The notes under the pieces are model-generated. The model had not been told where the DNA came from and ran no database searches. It saw only the letters and a list, made by a program, of their open reading frames with translations. The translations under genes were made by a program, and so were the position numbers. This document shows positions 27,236 to 37,853 of a stretch of 64,000 nucleotides of DNA, piece by piece (the stretch's first letter is position 1; each line of letters begins with the position of its first letter). The DNA lies in the NCBI GenBank assembly GCA_016186485.1, contig JACPLN010000003.1:23305-87304 (forward strand), read 5' to 3'. The stretch comes from Candidatus Nealsonbacteria bacterium (lineage in GTDB: Bacteria; Patescibacteriota; Minisyncoccia; Minisyncoccales; UBA6532).

Positions 27236-28165
27236 TCATATTAAATAATCGCTTTCAATAAGGGTTTTGCCGGGTAAAACAAAGGGGGCTTTAAATCCTA
27301 AAAAATAAGCTAAATTGGTAGCTAATTTACCGAGAAATATCTTTGGAAGAAAGAATTTTCTTGCCTCTTTCCTGTAAGCGATAAAATCAGGGAAGTTATT
27401 AATTAAAATTTCCGCAGCGCTTAAATTCCAAATAACTCCTCCCCCGCTCCACGGTTTGGTAAATCCGGCAGCGTCTCCGCAGAGAGTAACCTTCTCGTTT
27501 TTGGGGATTATTAATCCCTGCGGTATTAACCAAGCCAGCAGCCTGCCTTGTTTTACTCCTTTATTTTTTAAAAAGTTTTCAAAGATTTCTCTTGATATTT
27601 TCGGATTTGCCATAACGCCGTATTCTGTTTCGTTTCCCCTTGGTATTTTCCATATAAATCCCCTATTTTTTTGGGGCCAAGCTTCAACAAAATTATCTCC
27701 GTTGTGATTTTCCGTAAAGATTTGTAATCCGGAATAGAATTTGGGTTCTGATAGCCCCAAGCTTTTTCTTACGAAAGATTGGGCGCCATCGCAGCCGATA
27801 ACCCTGTCAAAGGACGATGGAATTTCGCTTATCGGATGGCGAATAAAAATATCTGCTCCGGCCGATATTGCAAGATCGGCTGTTAACATATCTAGTTTGG
27901 CATGGCTCATTACAAAAAAGGGCTTTTGAAATCTTATCTTCACGGTCTTTTTGGGAAAATGTATTAAGGCGTAATCTATCCTGTTTTGCACTAATTTTTT
28001 GCTTTCCGGAACAAATTTAAAAATCCTTTCGGAAAAAAGGCCGGAACAAACTTCCTTTCCTATACAGCTTTTTTTTTCAAAAACACTGACTTTGTGCCCG
28101 TTTTCTGAAAGCTTCCAGGCAATATACAGGCCGCAAATTCCGGCTCCAATAATGGCTAGCTTCAT
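27236..28165 (-). CDS. FAD-dependent oxidoreductase, geranylgeranyl-reductase-like
   Basis: 'AIIGAGICGLYIAW' dinucleotide-binding motif and 'GCDGAQS'. Confidence 0.6.
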   Translation of the reverse strand: MKLAIIGAGICGLYIAWKLSENGHKVSVFEKKSCIGKEVCSGLFSERIFKFVPESKKLVQNRIDYALIHFPKKTVKIRFQKPFFVMSHAKLDMLTADLAISAGADIFIRHPISEIPSSFDRVIGCDGAQSFVRKSLGLSEPKFYSGLQIFTENHNGDNFVEAWPQKNRGFIWKIPRGNETEYGVMANPKISREIFENFLKNKGVKQGRLLAWLIPQGLIIPKNEKVTLCGDAAGFTKPWSGGGVIWNLSAAEILINNFPDFIAYRKEARKFFLPKIFLGKLATNLAYFLGFKAPFVLPGKTLIESDYLI

Positions 28166-28209
28166 CTTGAAAAGTTTTTTTAAACCTGTTAGTATAATAA
28201 TACAATATT

Positions 28210-28527
28210 ATGGCAAAAACTAAAGCCTCAGGCGCAACAAGATTGGGCAGGGATTCCCAGCCAAAATATTTGGGGATCAAGCTTTATGAAGGCGAGATTG
28301 CAAAACCCGGCCAAATTTTGGTTAGGCAAAGAGGAACAAAATTCTTAGCTGGCCAGAACGTTAAACGCGGAGGAGACGACACTTTGTACGCAATGAAAGC
28401 CGGTTTGGTTAAATTTAAAACTTTTAGGAAAAGATCTTTTGACAATTCTCAAAGAATAGCAAAAACCGTAAACATAGAACTATTAGAGGCGAAAGAAGAC
28501 GGAAAACGAACAAGAAAGAGGAAATGA
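28210..28527 (+). CDS. rpmA: 50S ribosomal protein L27 with a ~25-aa basic C-terminal extension
   Basis: 'GATRLGRDSQPKYLGIK...GQILVRQRGTKF..G.NV..G.D.TL'. Confidence 0.9.
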   Translation: MAKTKASGATRLGRDSQPKYLGIKLYEGEIAKPGQILVRQRGTKFLAGQNVKRGGDDTLYAMKAGLVKFKTFRKRSFDNSQRIAKTVNIELLEAKEDGKRTRKRK

Positions 28528-28603
28528 AGAAAAGGTAAGGGCTAAATTCTTAAACAGGCTGGAGGAACTTGAAAAAGAAAACTGGGAATTAATAGGCTGG
28601 TAT

Positions 28604-28993
28604 ATGCTGGGATTAAACGATACTCATTGGATGCCAATCCCGGAGAAGCTTTCTGAGTCGGAAACGTTCCAAACAGCTAAAAAAGAAATTAAAGAACGGA
28701 TAATGCCTTTCAAAAAATGGAAGGCCTCTGGTCAAACGGGCTATCTTGGGGAATGTCTTTCGCAAGAAAAATCCGACAATATAGAATCTCTGCATTTTGT
28801 AATTTATCTTCTTAAAGAAAATATTGTTTGCTGCCTTTCTTTCGGAGAGCATAAATTCCCGGATAATGAATTATTCCAATCGGTTTTTGGCAACGCCGGC
28901 TATACGATAACTTTCCAGCCATTGCAAGACTATTTCTTTCTGCTGGCAAAAGAAATATCAGAACTAAAGAAAAATGTAAAAAGAGACAAGTAG
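28604..28993 (+). CDS. Hypothetical protein
   Basis: ORF only. No alternative start lies upstream in frame. Confidence 0.4.
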   Translation: MLGLNDTHWMPIPEKLSESETFQTAKKEIKERIMPFKKWKASGQTGYLGECLSQEKSDNIESLHFVIYLLKENIVCCLSFGEHKFPDNELFQSVFGNAGYTITFQPLQDYFFLLAKEISELKKNVKRDK

Positions 28994-29004
28994 CGTCTCT
29001 TTTA

Positions 29005-30645
29005 TTATTTATTTTTCAAACATGCTTTTACGAATTCTTTGAATAAAGGATGGGGGTTTAACGGCCTTGATTTAAGTTCCGGATGGAACTGCGTTCCGAC
29101 GAAGAAAGGATGGCCCCCCAATTCTATTATTTCTACAAGGTTTCTTTCCGGGTTTTCCCCTGCCATTATCATGTCTTTGCTCTCTAAAACCTCCTTAAAC
29201 GCGTTATTTAGCTCGTAGCGGTGTCTATGGCGTTCAGATATGGTTTTGGCGCCATATGCCTCAAAAGTAGCCGTTTTAGGCTTAATTTTGCACCCATACT
29301 CTCCCAGCCTCATTGTGCCGCCGTATCTTTTCTCTCTTAAAAGAACTTTTTGATCCGGCATAACATCAATAACGTTTTCTTTGCAATTTGGCAGGAATTC
29401 GGTTGAATTAGCATTATTTAGCTTGCAGATATTTCTGGCAAACTCAATAACCGCCAATTGCATTCCAAGGCACAGTCCCAAGTATGGAATTTTGTTTTTC
29501 CTGCAAAACCCGATTGCTTTTATTTTTCCTTCCACTCCCCTGCTTCCAAATCCGCCGGGAACAATAATGCCGTCGTAGTTTTTGAGTTTAATTAATTCTT
29601 TAGGGTTTTCTTCATATTTTTCAGAATCAAGCCAAAAAATCTCCGGCCTTCTTTTGTAAAACCAGGCGGCGTGCTTTATTGCTTCAATCACCGAGATGTA
29701 AGAATCCATTAAGGTAAACTTTCCTGTTTTAAAGTATTTGCCAACTACCCCGATTTTTACCGGCTTAGCCGATGTTTTTATTGTCCTTAATAGCTTTAGC
29801 AGGTCCTTTAAATTAGAATTTTTAGGTTTCATTCCCGCTTTTTTCAGTATTTTATTTCCAAGGTTTTCTTTTTCAAATATAATTGGGATTTCGTAAATTG
29901 GATCCGCATCCGGAGCTGAAATAACGTTTTCTTCAAGGACATTACAGAAAATAGATATTTTTTTCTTTCTCGGCTTATCTAGGGGTTTATCGCCCCTTGC
30001 CAATATAAAGTCTGGCTGAATCCCCGCCATATTTAAAGACCTTACTGCGTATTGGGTGGGTTTAGTTTTCATTTCTCCAACCATTCTGGGAATTGGCAAA
30101 TAGCTTACTAAAACAAAAATTATGTCTTTCGGCTTTTTAATTTTCATCATTCTGGCAGCTTCAAGAAAAAGAAGGTTTTGATATTCCCCTACCGTTCCGC
30201 CAATTTCTATCAAAACAAAATCCGCTTTGCTTCTTCTGGAAGCTTTTTCTATTCTGGATATAACTTCGTTTGGGATATCTGGCACCACCTCAACGCATTT
30301 TCCCCCGTATCCCAAGTTTCTTTCTTTATTAATAACAGTTTGGTAAACCCTTCCGGTGGTAATATAGTTATCGCTGCCCAGGTCAACGTTTAGAAACCTT
30401 TCGTAGTTCCCGATATCTTGGTCGCATTCGGTTCCATCGTTGGTTACAAAAACTTCCCCATGTTCAATGGGGTTCATCGTGCCCGCGTCCACATTTATAT
30501 AAGGATCTATTTTAATGGCGGTGACCTTAAAACCTTTGCTTTGAAGTATTTTTCCTATTGACGAGCAAGCAATGCCTTTTCCGATGCTGGACATAACCCC
30601 TCCCGCCACGAAGATATATTTTGCCACTTTATCGCTTTTCTTCAA
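29005..30645 (-). CDS. pyrG: CTP synthase
   Basis: 'YIFVAGGVMSSIGKGI' and a glutamine amidotransferase C-domain 'GLCLGMQ'. Confidence 0.95.
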   Translation of the reverse strand: MKKSDKVAKYIFVAGGVMSSIGKGIACSSIGKILQSKGFKVTAIKIDPYINVDAGTMNPIEHGEVFVTNDGTECDQDIGNYERFLNVDLGSDNYITTGRVYQTVINKERNLGYGGKCVEVVPDIPNEVISRIEKASRRSKADFVLIEIGGTVGEYQNLLFLEAARMMKIKKPKDIIFVLVSYLPIPRMVGEMKTKPTQYAVRSLNMAGIQPDFILARGDKPLDKPRKKKISIFCNVLEENVISAPDADPIYEIPIIFEKENLGNKILKKAGMKPKNSNLKDLLKLLRTIKTSAKPVKIGVVGKYFKTGKFTLMDSYISVIEAIKHAAWFYKRRPEIFWLDSEKYEENPKELIKLKNYDGIIVPGGFGSRGVEGKIKAIGFCRKNKIPYLGLCLGMQLAVIEFARNICKLNNANSTEFLPNCKENVIDVMPDQKVLLREKRYGGTMRLGEYGCKIKPKTATFEAYGAKTISERHRHRYELNNAFKEVLESKDMIMAGENPERNLVEIIELGGHPFFVGTQFHPELKSRPLNPHPLFKEFVKACLKNK

Positions 30646-31078
30646 TAATAATAACTTTTATTTCCGTTTCTAAATTATGTTCAAAATGGACTTTTACGGG
30701 GAATTCGCCCAGTTCCTTTATTGGATCTCGGAGCATTATTTGGTTCTTTTTAACTTCGTAACCGAGTTCTTTAAGCTTTTCGGAAATCTTTTGAGCGTTA
30801 ATTGATTCAAATAATTGCTTATCGTCCCCCGTTTTCACCGGAATCATTACCTCCAAACCATCCATATTGGAAGCTGCATCCTGATTTTTTTTAAGATCTT
30901 CCTCCTCCTTTTTAGAAATAATTTCTTTTTGCATTTCCAGCCATTTTAAGGCTTCTTCGCTTGCTTTTTTAGCTAAACCATTAGGAATTAAAAAGTTCCT
31001 GGCATGGCCGTCTGATACATCTTTTAGCTCAAATTTCTTTCCTAATTTTTCTACGTCTTGGAGAAGTATGACTTTCAT
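30629..31078 (-). CDS. rplI: 50S ribosomal protein L9
   Basis: 'MKVILLQDVEKLGKKFELKDVSDGHARNFLIP'. Confidence 0.9.
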   Translation of the reverse strand: MKVILLQDVEKLGKKFELKDVSDGHARNFLIPNGLAKKASEEALKWLEMQKEIISKKEEEDLKKNQDAASNMDGLEVMIPVKTGDDKQLFESINAQKISEKLKELGYEVKKNQIMLRDPIKELGEFPVKVHFEHNLETEIKVIIIEEKR

Positions 31079-31080
31079 AG

Positions 31081-32283
31081 TTATAATTCATTTAATAAAT
31101 TAATTGCTTTATCCAGCTGGGGATCTTTTTCGCTTTTAATATTATCTTCTGTTATTTCAATTTTAACATCTGGTTCCAAACCAAGGCCGGAAATAAGGTT
31201 TCCTTTTGGGGTCAGCCAGCGGGCTATGGTAACCTTGATTGACCCTTCTCTTAAATCTTCCAGTTGCTGAACAGATCCTTTTCCAAACGACTTTTCCCCT
31301 ATTAATTTTATACCACGATTATCTCTTAGGGCTCCAGCCAGAATTTCAGAAGCGGAAGCCGATCCCTCGTTAATCAGGACCGCCACGGGGTAGTTTACAA
31401 ACGGCCCGCTTCCATTAGATTTATATTCATTTTTTTCTTTATTTTGTCCGAAGTCTTCTATGGCCACTATTTCTCCTTTCTTTAGAAACCAGCTTGATAT
31501 GTCTTGGGCAATCTCAAGGAATCCTCCCGGGTTGTTGCGAATATCAAGAATAATTTTCTTTGCATTGCTATTTAATATTTTAATAGCTGCCTTGGAAAAC
31601 TCAACTCTTGCCGTTTCTGAAAAATGGTAGATTTTAATATAAGCTATATCGTTATCTTTAATTTCAAATTTTATTGAAGGAATTTGGATAACGTCTCTTA
31701 TTATTTCAAAGTCTTTTGTTTTTTGCCATCCCTTTCTGGCTATAGTAAGAATAACCGCGGTTCCTTTTTGGCCTCTTATCAGCCTCACTGCTTCTTCAAC
31801 AGTCATATCTTGGGTTGAACTTCCGTTGACCATAATGATTTTATCTCCCGCCATAATGCCCGCTATAAATGCAGGGGTTTCTTCCAGGGGAGAAATTACT
31901 GTAATCTGGCCGTCTCTCATTCCTATTTCCATTCCTACTCCCTGGAATTCACCAGACATGTCTTCTTTAAATATCTTGCTTTCTTGAGGAGGCAAAAAAA
32001 CGGTATAGGGATCTTTCAAAGATTTTAACATGCCGGAGATAGCCCCGTAAAGCATTTGTTTTGGGTCCAAATTATCCCTTTCAACGTATTTATTTTGTAA
32101 GATCGCCCAAGCTTCCCAAAACAAAGAGAAGTCTACTCCTTGCGGCTGGCCAAGTTCAGAGTTTTGAACGCCGAAAATAATTTCCGTTCTCGCCTTTGAT
32201 TTTCCAAAGTAAAATCCGGAACCGAAAGCGCTCGCCCCCAGAAATAAAATAAAAACAAAGATTATTACAACCTTTTTATTCAT
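31081..32283 (-). CDS. S41-family C-terminal processing peptidase (PDZ domain)
   Basis: PDZ 'GVGMEIGMRDGQITVISPLEETPAFIAGIMAGDKII' and an S41 catalytic-region pattern. Confidence 0.85.
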   Translation of the reverse strand: MNKKVVIIFVFILFLGASAFGSGFYFGKSKARTEIIFGVQNSELGQPQGVDFSLFWEAWAILQNKYVERDNLDPKQMLYGAISGMLKSLKDPYTVFLPPQESKIFKEDMSGEFQGVGMEIGMRDGQITVISPLEETPAFIAGIMAGDKIIMVNGSSTQDMTVEEAVRLIRGQKGTAVILTIARKGWQKTKDFEIIRDVIQIPSIKFEIKDNDIAYIKIYHFSETARVEFSKAAIKILNSNAKKIILDIRNNPGGFLEIAQDISSWFLKKGEIVAIEDFGQNKEKNEYKSNGSGPFVNYPVAVLINEGSASASEILAGALRDNRGIKLIGEKSFGKGSVQQLEDLREGSIKVTIARWLTPKGNLISGLGLEPDVKIEITEDNIKSEKDPQLDKAINLLNEL

Positions 32284-32395
32284 TTGGTTTATTGCTTCTA
32301 TTATAACAGCTTTGTGAATTACATCAAGAATTTGTACAAATAAAAATTCTTATTTGACAAGAATAAAATTAGTTATATTATATAACTGGTATCCA

Positions 32396-32836
32396 ATGTG
32401 CGAGGTGGTTCAGGTAAAAACCGATTTTATAATAATCCGCGGCGAGATACCGGTAGAAATCTTTAGACTATTGCAAAATCCGCAATGGGAAGAGGCCCCG
32501 CCTCTATATAAAAACCGGTGCGGAACGCATAAAGGAAAGATATTCAGGCGTATAAGCTTCTGGGGATATAATCTTAGCGATGAATCAGATGAAATCTGCG
32601 GAACACAATACAGAATTATCATCAAAGATATCTTTACCAATTGGGGAATTGCTCTAAGAGGATACGCGCCATTCGTTTGTTTTCCGCAAGAAACAGAAAA
32701 AAATAACAAGGTTCCTGTTTTCTTGGGAGGATTTCACCCCCTGTCTATGGGTAATAATTTTGAAGCCCAAACAGTTATCTGTGAAATTATCATAGAAATT
32801 CTTAACTCGGCATCCGAAGCTCTGGTTGAAGCTTAA
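32396..32836 (+). CDS. Hypothetical protein (start taken at the first ATG). A promoter TTGACA-17-ATTATA lies about 14 nt upstream, so the mRNA is near-leaderless
   Basis: ORF. The -35 is embedded in the inverted repeat ATTCTT-N9-AAGAAT. Confidence 0.35.
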   Translation: MCEVVQVKTDFIIIRGEIPVEIFRLLQNPQWEEAPPLYKNRCGTHKGKIFRRISFWGYNLSDESDEICGTQYRIIIKDIFTNWGIALRGYAPFVCFPQETEKNNKVPVFLGGFHPLSMGNNFEAQTVICEIIIEILNSASEALVEA

Positions 32837-32839
32837 ACA

Positions 32840-32867
32840 AAAAGGCCTTAGCTAGAGCCTTTTTTTA
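32840..32867 (+). terminator. Terminator AAAAAGGC-10nt-GCCTTTTT followed by a T-run
   Basis: Hairpin plus U-tract directly after the stop of the 32396-32836 ORF. Confidence 0.6.
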
Positions 32868-32881
32868 TGCACTGCTCTTTA

Positions 32882-32918
32882 AAAAAAAGAATGGGCATCC
32901 TTTTGCGAGAAGTGCCCA
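32882..32918 (-). terminator. Terminator (GGGCA-loop-TGCCC followed by U8) for the GC-rich HD gene
   Basis: The hairpin followed by TTTTTTTT is on the minus strand, immediately 3' of the HD-gene stop. Confidence 0.5.
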
Positions 32919-32920
32919 TG

Positions 32921-33556
32921 TTATGCCCGAAGGCGAGCAAGCGATCTGGCGATGTTTCGCCGAGCTTGCGTTTCGTACTTGTTGCGGAAGAGCTGTGTAG
33001 AGTAGATTGCCGATCGGTCGAGAAACGATTTCAGTATCGCTGACCGTCCGGCGACAAATGCATCTTCGGCGACCCACTCGTACTCCCTGCGAACCTGTCG
33101 CTCGTATTCATCGAACTTGTCCTCGGACTGACCGAGAATCGAGAGGTCGATGTCCACGAGAAGCTGAACATCAGGATCAGTGGGAACCGAAGTGTGCTTC
33201 GTTGCCGTGATGAGATTTACCACCGATAGTCCGAGATCGTCGGGCAACGAAGCATTTCTCACCATTTCTACCGCGAGCACCGCACTCCGCTCTTCGCTGT
33301 CTTTGGCCTTGGTATCGTAGATTGTGTCGTGATACCAGAGAGCCAATTCCACGGTGTCGGGATTGGTTACGAGGTTTCGGACTTGCTCGAATTCGTCAAG
33401 ACAGTGCCCGATGTGCTCAAGCGTGTGGTACGCTCGGTGCGGTTCAGAGTATCGCGCAACAAGGTCGTTGTAGACCTTACTTGCGTCTCCTCGCGCACCA
33501 AGGCGTTTCCACAAAGCCGTCCAGCGTTGTTCTTGTGTCATCGTCATCCTCTTCAT
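32921..33556 (-). CDS. HD-superfamily metal-dependent phosphohydrolase (small COG4339-like HD protein), compositionally foreign
   Basis: 'YHTLEHIGHCLDEF...LALWYHDTIYD' His/Asp motif spacing. GC is about 55% against a visibly AT-rich background. Confidence 0.7.
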   Translation of the reverse strand: MKRMTMTQEQRWTALWKRLGARGDASKVYNDLVARYSEPHRAYHTLEHIGHCLDEFEQVRNLVTNPDTVELALWYHDTIYDTKAKDSEERSAVLAVEMVRNASLPDDLGLSVVNLITATKHTSVPTDPDVQLLVDIDLSILGQSEDKFDEYERQVRREYEWVAEDAFVAGRSAILKSFLDRSAIYSTQLFRNKYETQARRNIARSLARLRA

Positions 33557-33664
33557 TACCTAGATTTCACTCAAGGATAGGATAGCATATCAGACCATAA
33601 AAGCCAAGAGGCGACAAGTGTCGTTTCTTGGAGAGAATCTTATGAAAATTTTTCTTTTCCAACG

Positions 33665-33739
33665 TGGTACCCCCGGTGGGATTCGAACCCACAACTCTCA
33701 GCTTAAAAGGCTGATACTCTACCATTGAGTTACGGGGGC
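33665..33739 (-). tRNA. tRNA-Lys (anticodon UUU), CCA encoded
   Basis: Cloverleaf: acceptor GCCCCCG/CGGGGGU, D-arm ACUC-AAUGGUA-GAGU, anticodon loop CUUUUAA, T-arm GUGGG-UUCGAAU-CCCAC. Confidence 0.9.
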
Positions 33740-33748
33740 GTATTCTGA

Positions 33749-34822
33749 TTATATCCCTTCCTCTCTCAATTTTTCAAGCAGTTCTTTTTGTTTTTTGGTT
33801 ATTTTTTTCGGCGTTTTAACTATTAATCTTGCGTAAAGATTTCCCCTGCCGTATCCGGAAAAACGAGGAATCCCCTTGCCGGAAATTTTAAAAACTTCTC
33901 CTGATTCAATACCGGCCGGAATGTTAAGCAAAACGCTGCTTTTTTCTAGGTTTGGAATTTCAATTTTGTCTCCTAACGCCGCTTGGGAAAAAGAAACAGG
34001 AACATCAACATATATATCGTCTCCCTTTCTTTCAAAAAGAGGATGCTTCTTAACAAAAATTTTTACGAAAAGGTCTCCGGATTTTCCTCCTCTTTTGCCA
34101 GCATCGCCCTTGCCATCAATTTTTATCACTTGGTTTTCGTCAACGCCCGGGGGAATTAAAATCTCAATCTCTTCTTCTCCGGCTACCCTTCCTTCGCCTT
34201 TGCAGACATTGCATGGTTTTTCCGGCTTTGTCCCTTCTCCTTTGCATTCGGGACAAATTGCGTATCTGGCAAACGATCCAAGAAAAGTTCTTTTTATTTG
34301 CTGAACTTCCCCGGATCCTCTGCATGAAAAACATTCATTAATTTTACTGCCGGGTTCTCCGCCTGTCCCCCCGCATCTTGAACAAAATATCATTTTCTCT
34401 AAAGAAATATTTTTCTTCAAGCCATTCAAAGCCGCTTCCAATGGTATTTCAATCCCGACCTCAATATCTTTGCCTTGTTTTAAATCGCTTTTTGGATTAT
34501 TTCTGCCAAAACCGAAAAAGTCTCCGAATATTTCGCCAAAATCTGTCATTGATTCAAAGTCAAAACCAAATCCGCCTTCGGCGGAAAAGCCCTGATCAAA
34601 ACCTGACCCGTTTCCTTCAAAAGTTCTGCCGAATTTGTCGTACTGGGATTTCTTGCTGTCGTCTGAAAGAACCTGATACGCTTCGTTTATTTCCTTGAAC
34701 TTTTTTTCGTCCCCGCCTTTATGGGGATGGTGCTTATGGGCCAGTTTGTAATACGCTTTTTTTATTTCATCCTTGGAAGCGTCGCGGGAAACCCCTAAAA
34801 TTTGATAGTAATCTTTATCCAT
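33749..34822 (-). CDS. dnaJ: Chaperone DnaJ
   Basis: J-domain '[31 protein letters not shown]', G/F region and four CxxCxGxG zinc motifs. Confidence 0.95.
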   Translation of the reverse strand: MDKDYYQILGVSRDASKDEIKKAYYKLAHKHHPHKGGDEKKFKEINEAYQVLSDDSKKSQYDKFGRTFEGNGSGFDQGFSAEGGFGFDFESMTDFGEIFGDFFGFGRNNPKSDLKQGKDIEVGIEIPLEAALNGLKKNISLEKMIFCSRCGGTGGEPGSKINECFSCRGSGEVQQIKRTFLGSFARYAICPECKGEGTKPEKPCNVCKGEGRVAGEEEIEILIPPGVDENQVIKIDGKGDAGKRGGKSGDLFVKIFVKKHPLFERKGDDIYVDVPVSFSQAALGDKIEIPNLEKSSVLLNIPAGIESGEVFKISGKGIPRFSGYGRGNLYARLIVKTPKKITKKQKELLEKLREEGI

Positions 34823-34830
34823 TATGTTTT

Positions 34831-36666
34831 TTATTTATGCTCGTCGTCCTTTTTATGCATTTGGGTTCCGACCTTCTGGAGAGCCTGGGATAATTCCTGG
34901 GTTTTTTGCTTAAGGTCAGCCAAATTATCACTGTCTTTTATCTTTTTCAGCTCTTCAATTTTTTCTTCAATTTCCTTTTTCACATCCGAAGAAATTTTTT
35001 CCCCCATTTCTTTTAGGGTTTTTTCCGCGGTATAAATCAATCCTTCGGCTAGGTTTCTGGCTTCTATAATTTCTCTTTTTTTCGCGTCTTCTTCGGCGTG
35101 CAATTCAGCTTCCTTTTTCATTTTTTCTATTTCTTCTTTTGAAAGGCCGACCGACCCTTCAATCCTAATTGATTGAGATTTGGCCGTTGCCTTGTCTTTA
35201 GCGGTTACCGTTAAGATTCCGTTGGCGTCAATATCAAACGTGACTTCAACTTGGGGCATTCCTCTTGGCGAAGGCGGAATCCCGTCCAAAAAGAACCTTC
35301 CTACCGATCTGTTATCTTTTGCCATTGGCCTTTCTCCCTGCAGAACATTTATTTCCACCGAAGTTTGATTGTCTGCGGCGGTTGAGAAAACTTGAGTTTT
35401 TGAAACAGGAATAGTGGTATTCTTTGAAATCATTACCGTATTAACGTTCCCTAAGGTTTCAATTCCCAAAGAAAGCGGCAGAACGTCCAAAAGCAAGACG
35501 CTTTTAATTCCTTCTTCAGCCCCTTTGCCCCCCCTAACTATTTCAGCCTCAATCGCAGCCCCTAAGGCAACTACCTCCTCCGGATTAATGGATATGTTTG
35601 GTTCTTTGCCGAAAAAATCTTTCACCGCTTTCCTAACTGCAGGAATTAAAGTTGTTCCTCCCACCAAAACAATTTCTTCTATCTCGGATTTGGCCATCTT
35701 AATTTCTTCCAAAGTTTTCTTCACCCTCTCAATAGACCTGTCAACCAAATCACTTGTTAGGTTTTCAAACTGAGCCCTTGTCAGCTTCATTAATAAATGT
35801 TTGGGGCCAGAAGAATCCGAAGTAATAAAAGGAAGGTTTATTTCCGTTTCTAGGGCGGAAGATAGCTCAATTTTTGCTTTTTCTGCCGATTCTTTTAGTC
35901 TCTGCAGAGCCAGAGGATCTTTTGACAGATCAATTCCGCTGTCTTTTTTAAATTGTTCTACGACCCAATTGATTATTCTTTGGTCAAAGTCTCTTCCCCC
36001 CAAATGCGGCTCTCCGCCGGTAGCCATAACTTTAACGGTATCCGGGGTAATATCTAAAATTGAAACGTCAAAAGTCCCGCCCCCGAAATCATAAACCGCT
36101 ATCTGCTGGTTTGTTTTTTTCGTAAACCCGTAAGCCAAAGCCGCGGCAGTGGGCTCGTTGACCAGCAACAAAACGTTGAACCCGGCGATTTCACCGGCTG
36201 CTTTGGTTGCTTTTCTTTGAGAATCGTCAAAGTTTGCGGGGCAGGTAATGACAGCATCGGTTATTTTCTCTCCTAATTTTTCTTCGGCATCCAATTTTAT
36301 CTTTTGAAGAATCATTGAAGAAATTTCAATCGGGGTCAGCCATTTGTCTCCCATTTTCACCTCAACTTCGCCGTCTTTCCTTTCCCTCGTCTCATAAGAC
36401 AAAAGCTTTAATTCTTTCTGGACTTCACTGTCCTGAAACCTTCTTCCGATAAACCTTTTAACCGAATGGATAGTGTTTTTGGGATTGGTAATGGCCTGCC
36501 TTTCTGCCAAAATTCCAACCAATCTTTCTCCTGTTTTGGACAACGCCACAACGGAGGGCACCAAAACAGAACCCTCTAGGGCTTCAATGCACTTGGGCTC
36601 CCCGTCTATAATGGAAGCCATTTTTGAAATGGATGTTCCTAAATCTATTCCTAATACTTTTGACAT
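34831..36666 (-). CDS. dnaK: Chaperone DnaK (Hsp70)
   Basis: 'GIDLGTS', 'DLGGGTFD' and other Hsp70 signatures. Confidence 0.97.
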   Translation of the reverse strand: MSKVLGIDLGTSISKMASIIDGEPKCIEALEGSVLVPSVVALSKTGERLVGILAERQAITNPKNTIHSVKRFIGRRFQDSEVQKELKLLSYETRERKDGEVEVKMGDKWLTPIEISSMILQKIKLDAEEKLGEKITDAVITCPANFDDSQRKATKAAGEIAGFNVLLLVNEPTAAALAYGFTKKTNQQIAVYDFGGGTFDVSILDITPDTVKVMATGGEPHLGGRDFDQRIINWVVEQFKKDSGIDLSKDPLALQRLKESAEKAKIELSSALETEINLPFITSDSSGPKHLLMKLTRAQFENLTSDLVDRSIERVKKTLEEIKMAKSEIEEIVLVGGTTLIPAVRKAVKDFFGKEPNISINPEEVVALGAAIEAEIVRGGKGAEEGIKSVLLLDVLPLSLGIETLGNVNTVMISKNTTIPVSKTQVFSTAADNQTSVEINVLQGERPMAKDNRSVGRFFLDGIPPSPRGMPQVEVTFDIDANGILTVTAKDKATAKSQSIRIEGSVGLSKEEIEKMKKEAELHAEEDAKKREIIEARNLAEGLIYTAEKTLKEMGEKISSDVKKEIEEKIEELKKIKDSDNLADLKQKTQELSQALQKVGTQMHKKDDEHK

Positions 36667-36682
36667 AATTTTGAAACTTTAA

Positions 36683-37141
36683 TTACTTATTTATTTTGAC
36701 CCTGGCAGGTCTTATAATCCTGCCATTAATTTTATAACCTTTTTGGATTTCTTCAAATATAACGCCCGATTCCTTGTCTTTGATCTCAATTTCTCCGACT
36801 ACTTCATGCAGATTAGGATCAAATCTTTCCCCCATTGTCTTCATTTCTTCTACCCCCCGGCTTTTTAGAAAGTTTTCCAGCTGGCTTTTTATCTGCAATA
36901 ATCCCTTAACGTTTTCATTATTTTTTTCGTCATCTGGTATATTTTTTTCCGCTATTTCTAAGTTGTCCAAAATTGGTAAAAGCTTTATTATTAACTCTTC
37001 TGCGCCGTAGTCAAAAAATTCTTTCGCCCTTTTCGCCTCCTCCTTTTTATAATTTAAAAAATTTGCTCTTTCTCTTTGCCAGCCAGCCAGGTATTCTTCT
37101 GCCTGTTTTTGGCATTCGTTTTTATCTGTTTTATCTGCCAT
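36683..37141 (-). CDS. grpE: Nucleotide exchange factor GrpE
   Basis: GrpE coiled coil plus beta-domain, positioned between hrcA and dnaK. Confidence 0.9.
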   Translation of the reverse strand: MADKTDKNECQKQAEEYLAGWQRERANFLNYKKEEAKRAKEFFDYGAEELIIKLLPILDNLEIAEKNIPDDEKNNENVKGLLQIKSQLENFLKSRGVEEMKTMGERFDPNLHEVVGEIEIKDKESGVIFEEIQKGYKINGRIIRPARVKINK

Positions 37142-37808
37142 ACTTGTTAATTAAGCTAATATTTTTCCTATAATGCATGCGTTTTGGCCCCAAAATAGCT
37201 AAAACCAAGTCTTCCGGCGTTCTATACCTGGAAATAACAATACTTAGGTCGCCCTGGGCCAAAAACGGGTTTTCTTTCCCAATTTGTACCCTAAGCCCAA
37301 AAGGGATGTTAAAAAATAAATTCTCAAAATTCTCTTCTAGGCTTGCAACGGTTTCAATAAATTTTATTCCGTATTTTGGCTCTAAAAATTCTGGTTCTTG
37401 GAAAACGAATTCCAAGCCCTCTTTCCAAAAAACCCTTTCTTTCGCTAAAAATCCGAAAACAAAACCTGAAGCGTTTTGAGAAATGTCTTTTGTGATTTCC
37501 CGAAGAAGCGATAAAGGATTTTCTGCGCCTTGCCAATCTTTCTTTTCCCTATCTTCATAAAAATTCTTATCCAAAAGCCCGTCTACAAAAAATCTGTACC
37601 CCTTATCCGTTGGTATCCTGCCGGCTGAAGTATGAGGCTGGGTAATATATCCCATTTTAGTCAGCTTCTGCATTTCCAGCCTTACGGTGGCAGGAGATAC
37701 CCCCAAACCTAAAATTTGGTCAATTTCTTTTGAACCAACAGGTTCCGCAAAACTTATGTATTTTTCAACAATTCCGTTAAGAATATCTTTTTGTCTTTTT
37801 GTTAACAT
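37131..37808 (-). CDS. hrcA: Heat-inducible transcription repressor HrcA (short form)
   Basis: '[29 protein letters not shown]' winged-helix N-terminus. The start is taken at the second ATG, matching the HrcA consensus start. Confidence 0.85.
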   Translation of the reverse strand: MLTKRQKDILNGIVEKYISFAEPVGSKEIDQILGLGVSPATVRLEMQKLTKMGYITQPHTSAGRIPTDKGYRFFVDGLLDKNFYEDREKKDWQGAENPLSLLREITKDISQNASGFVFGFLAKERVFWKEGLEFVFQEPEFLEPKYGIKFIETVASLEENFENLFFNIPFGLRVQIGKENPFLAQGDLSIVISRYRTPEDLVLAILGPKRMHYRKNISLINKYGR

Positions 37809-37826
37809 CAATCCCATTCTATTTTA

Positions 37827-37853
37827 TTGTCACTCCCCTGTCAAGAGTGCTAA
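37827..37853 (-). promoter_or_regulatory. CIRCE operator (TTAGCACTC-N9-GAGTGACAA) overlapping a TTGACA-17-TAGAAT promoter
   Basis: The left arm matches the CIRCE consensus perfectly and the right arm matches 7/9. The N9 spacer contains TTGACA. The -10 hexamer ends 7 nt before the hrcA ATG. Confidence 0.8.

Noticed and set aside
32354-32395. TTG start at 32354 for the hypothetical ORF
   Set aside because: That TTG is itself the -35 hexamer (TTGACA) of the promoter. The first ATG at 32396 is the likelier start.
33600-33665. att-type direct repeat of the tRNA-Lys 3' end flanking the GC-rich HD gene
   Set aside because: No copy of the tRNA 3' segment was found at the other boundary (about 32870-32930) by eye. 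The insertion is called horizontal transfer on composition alone.
34802-37173. Multiple antisense ORFs opposite dnaK and grpE (for example 35414-35773 and 36774-37010)
   Set aside because: They lie within highly conserved chaperone genes on the other strand and have low-complexity Ser/Pro/Ile-rich sequences.
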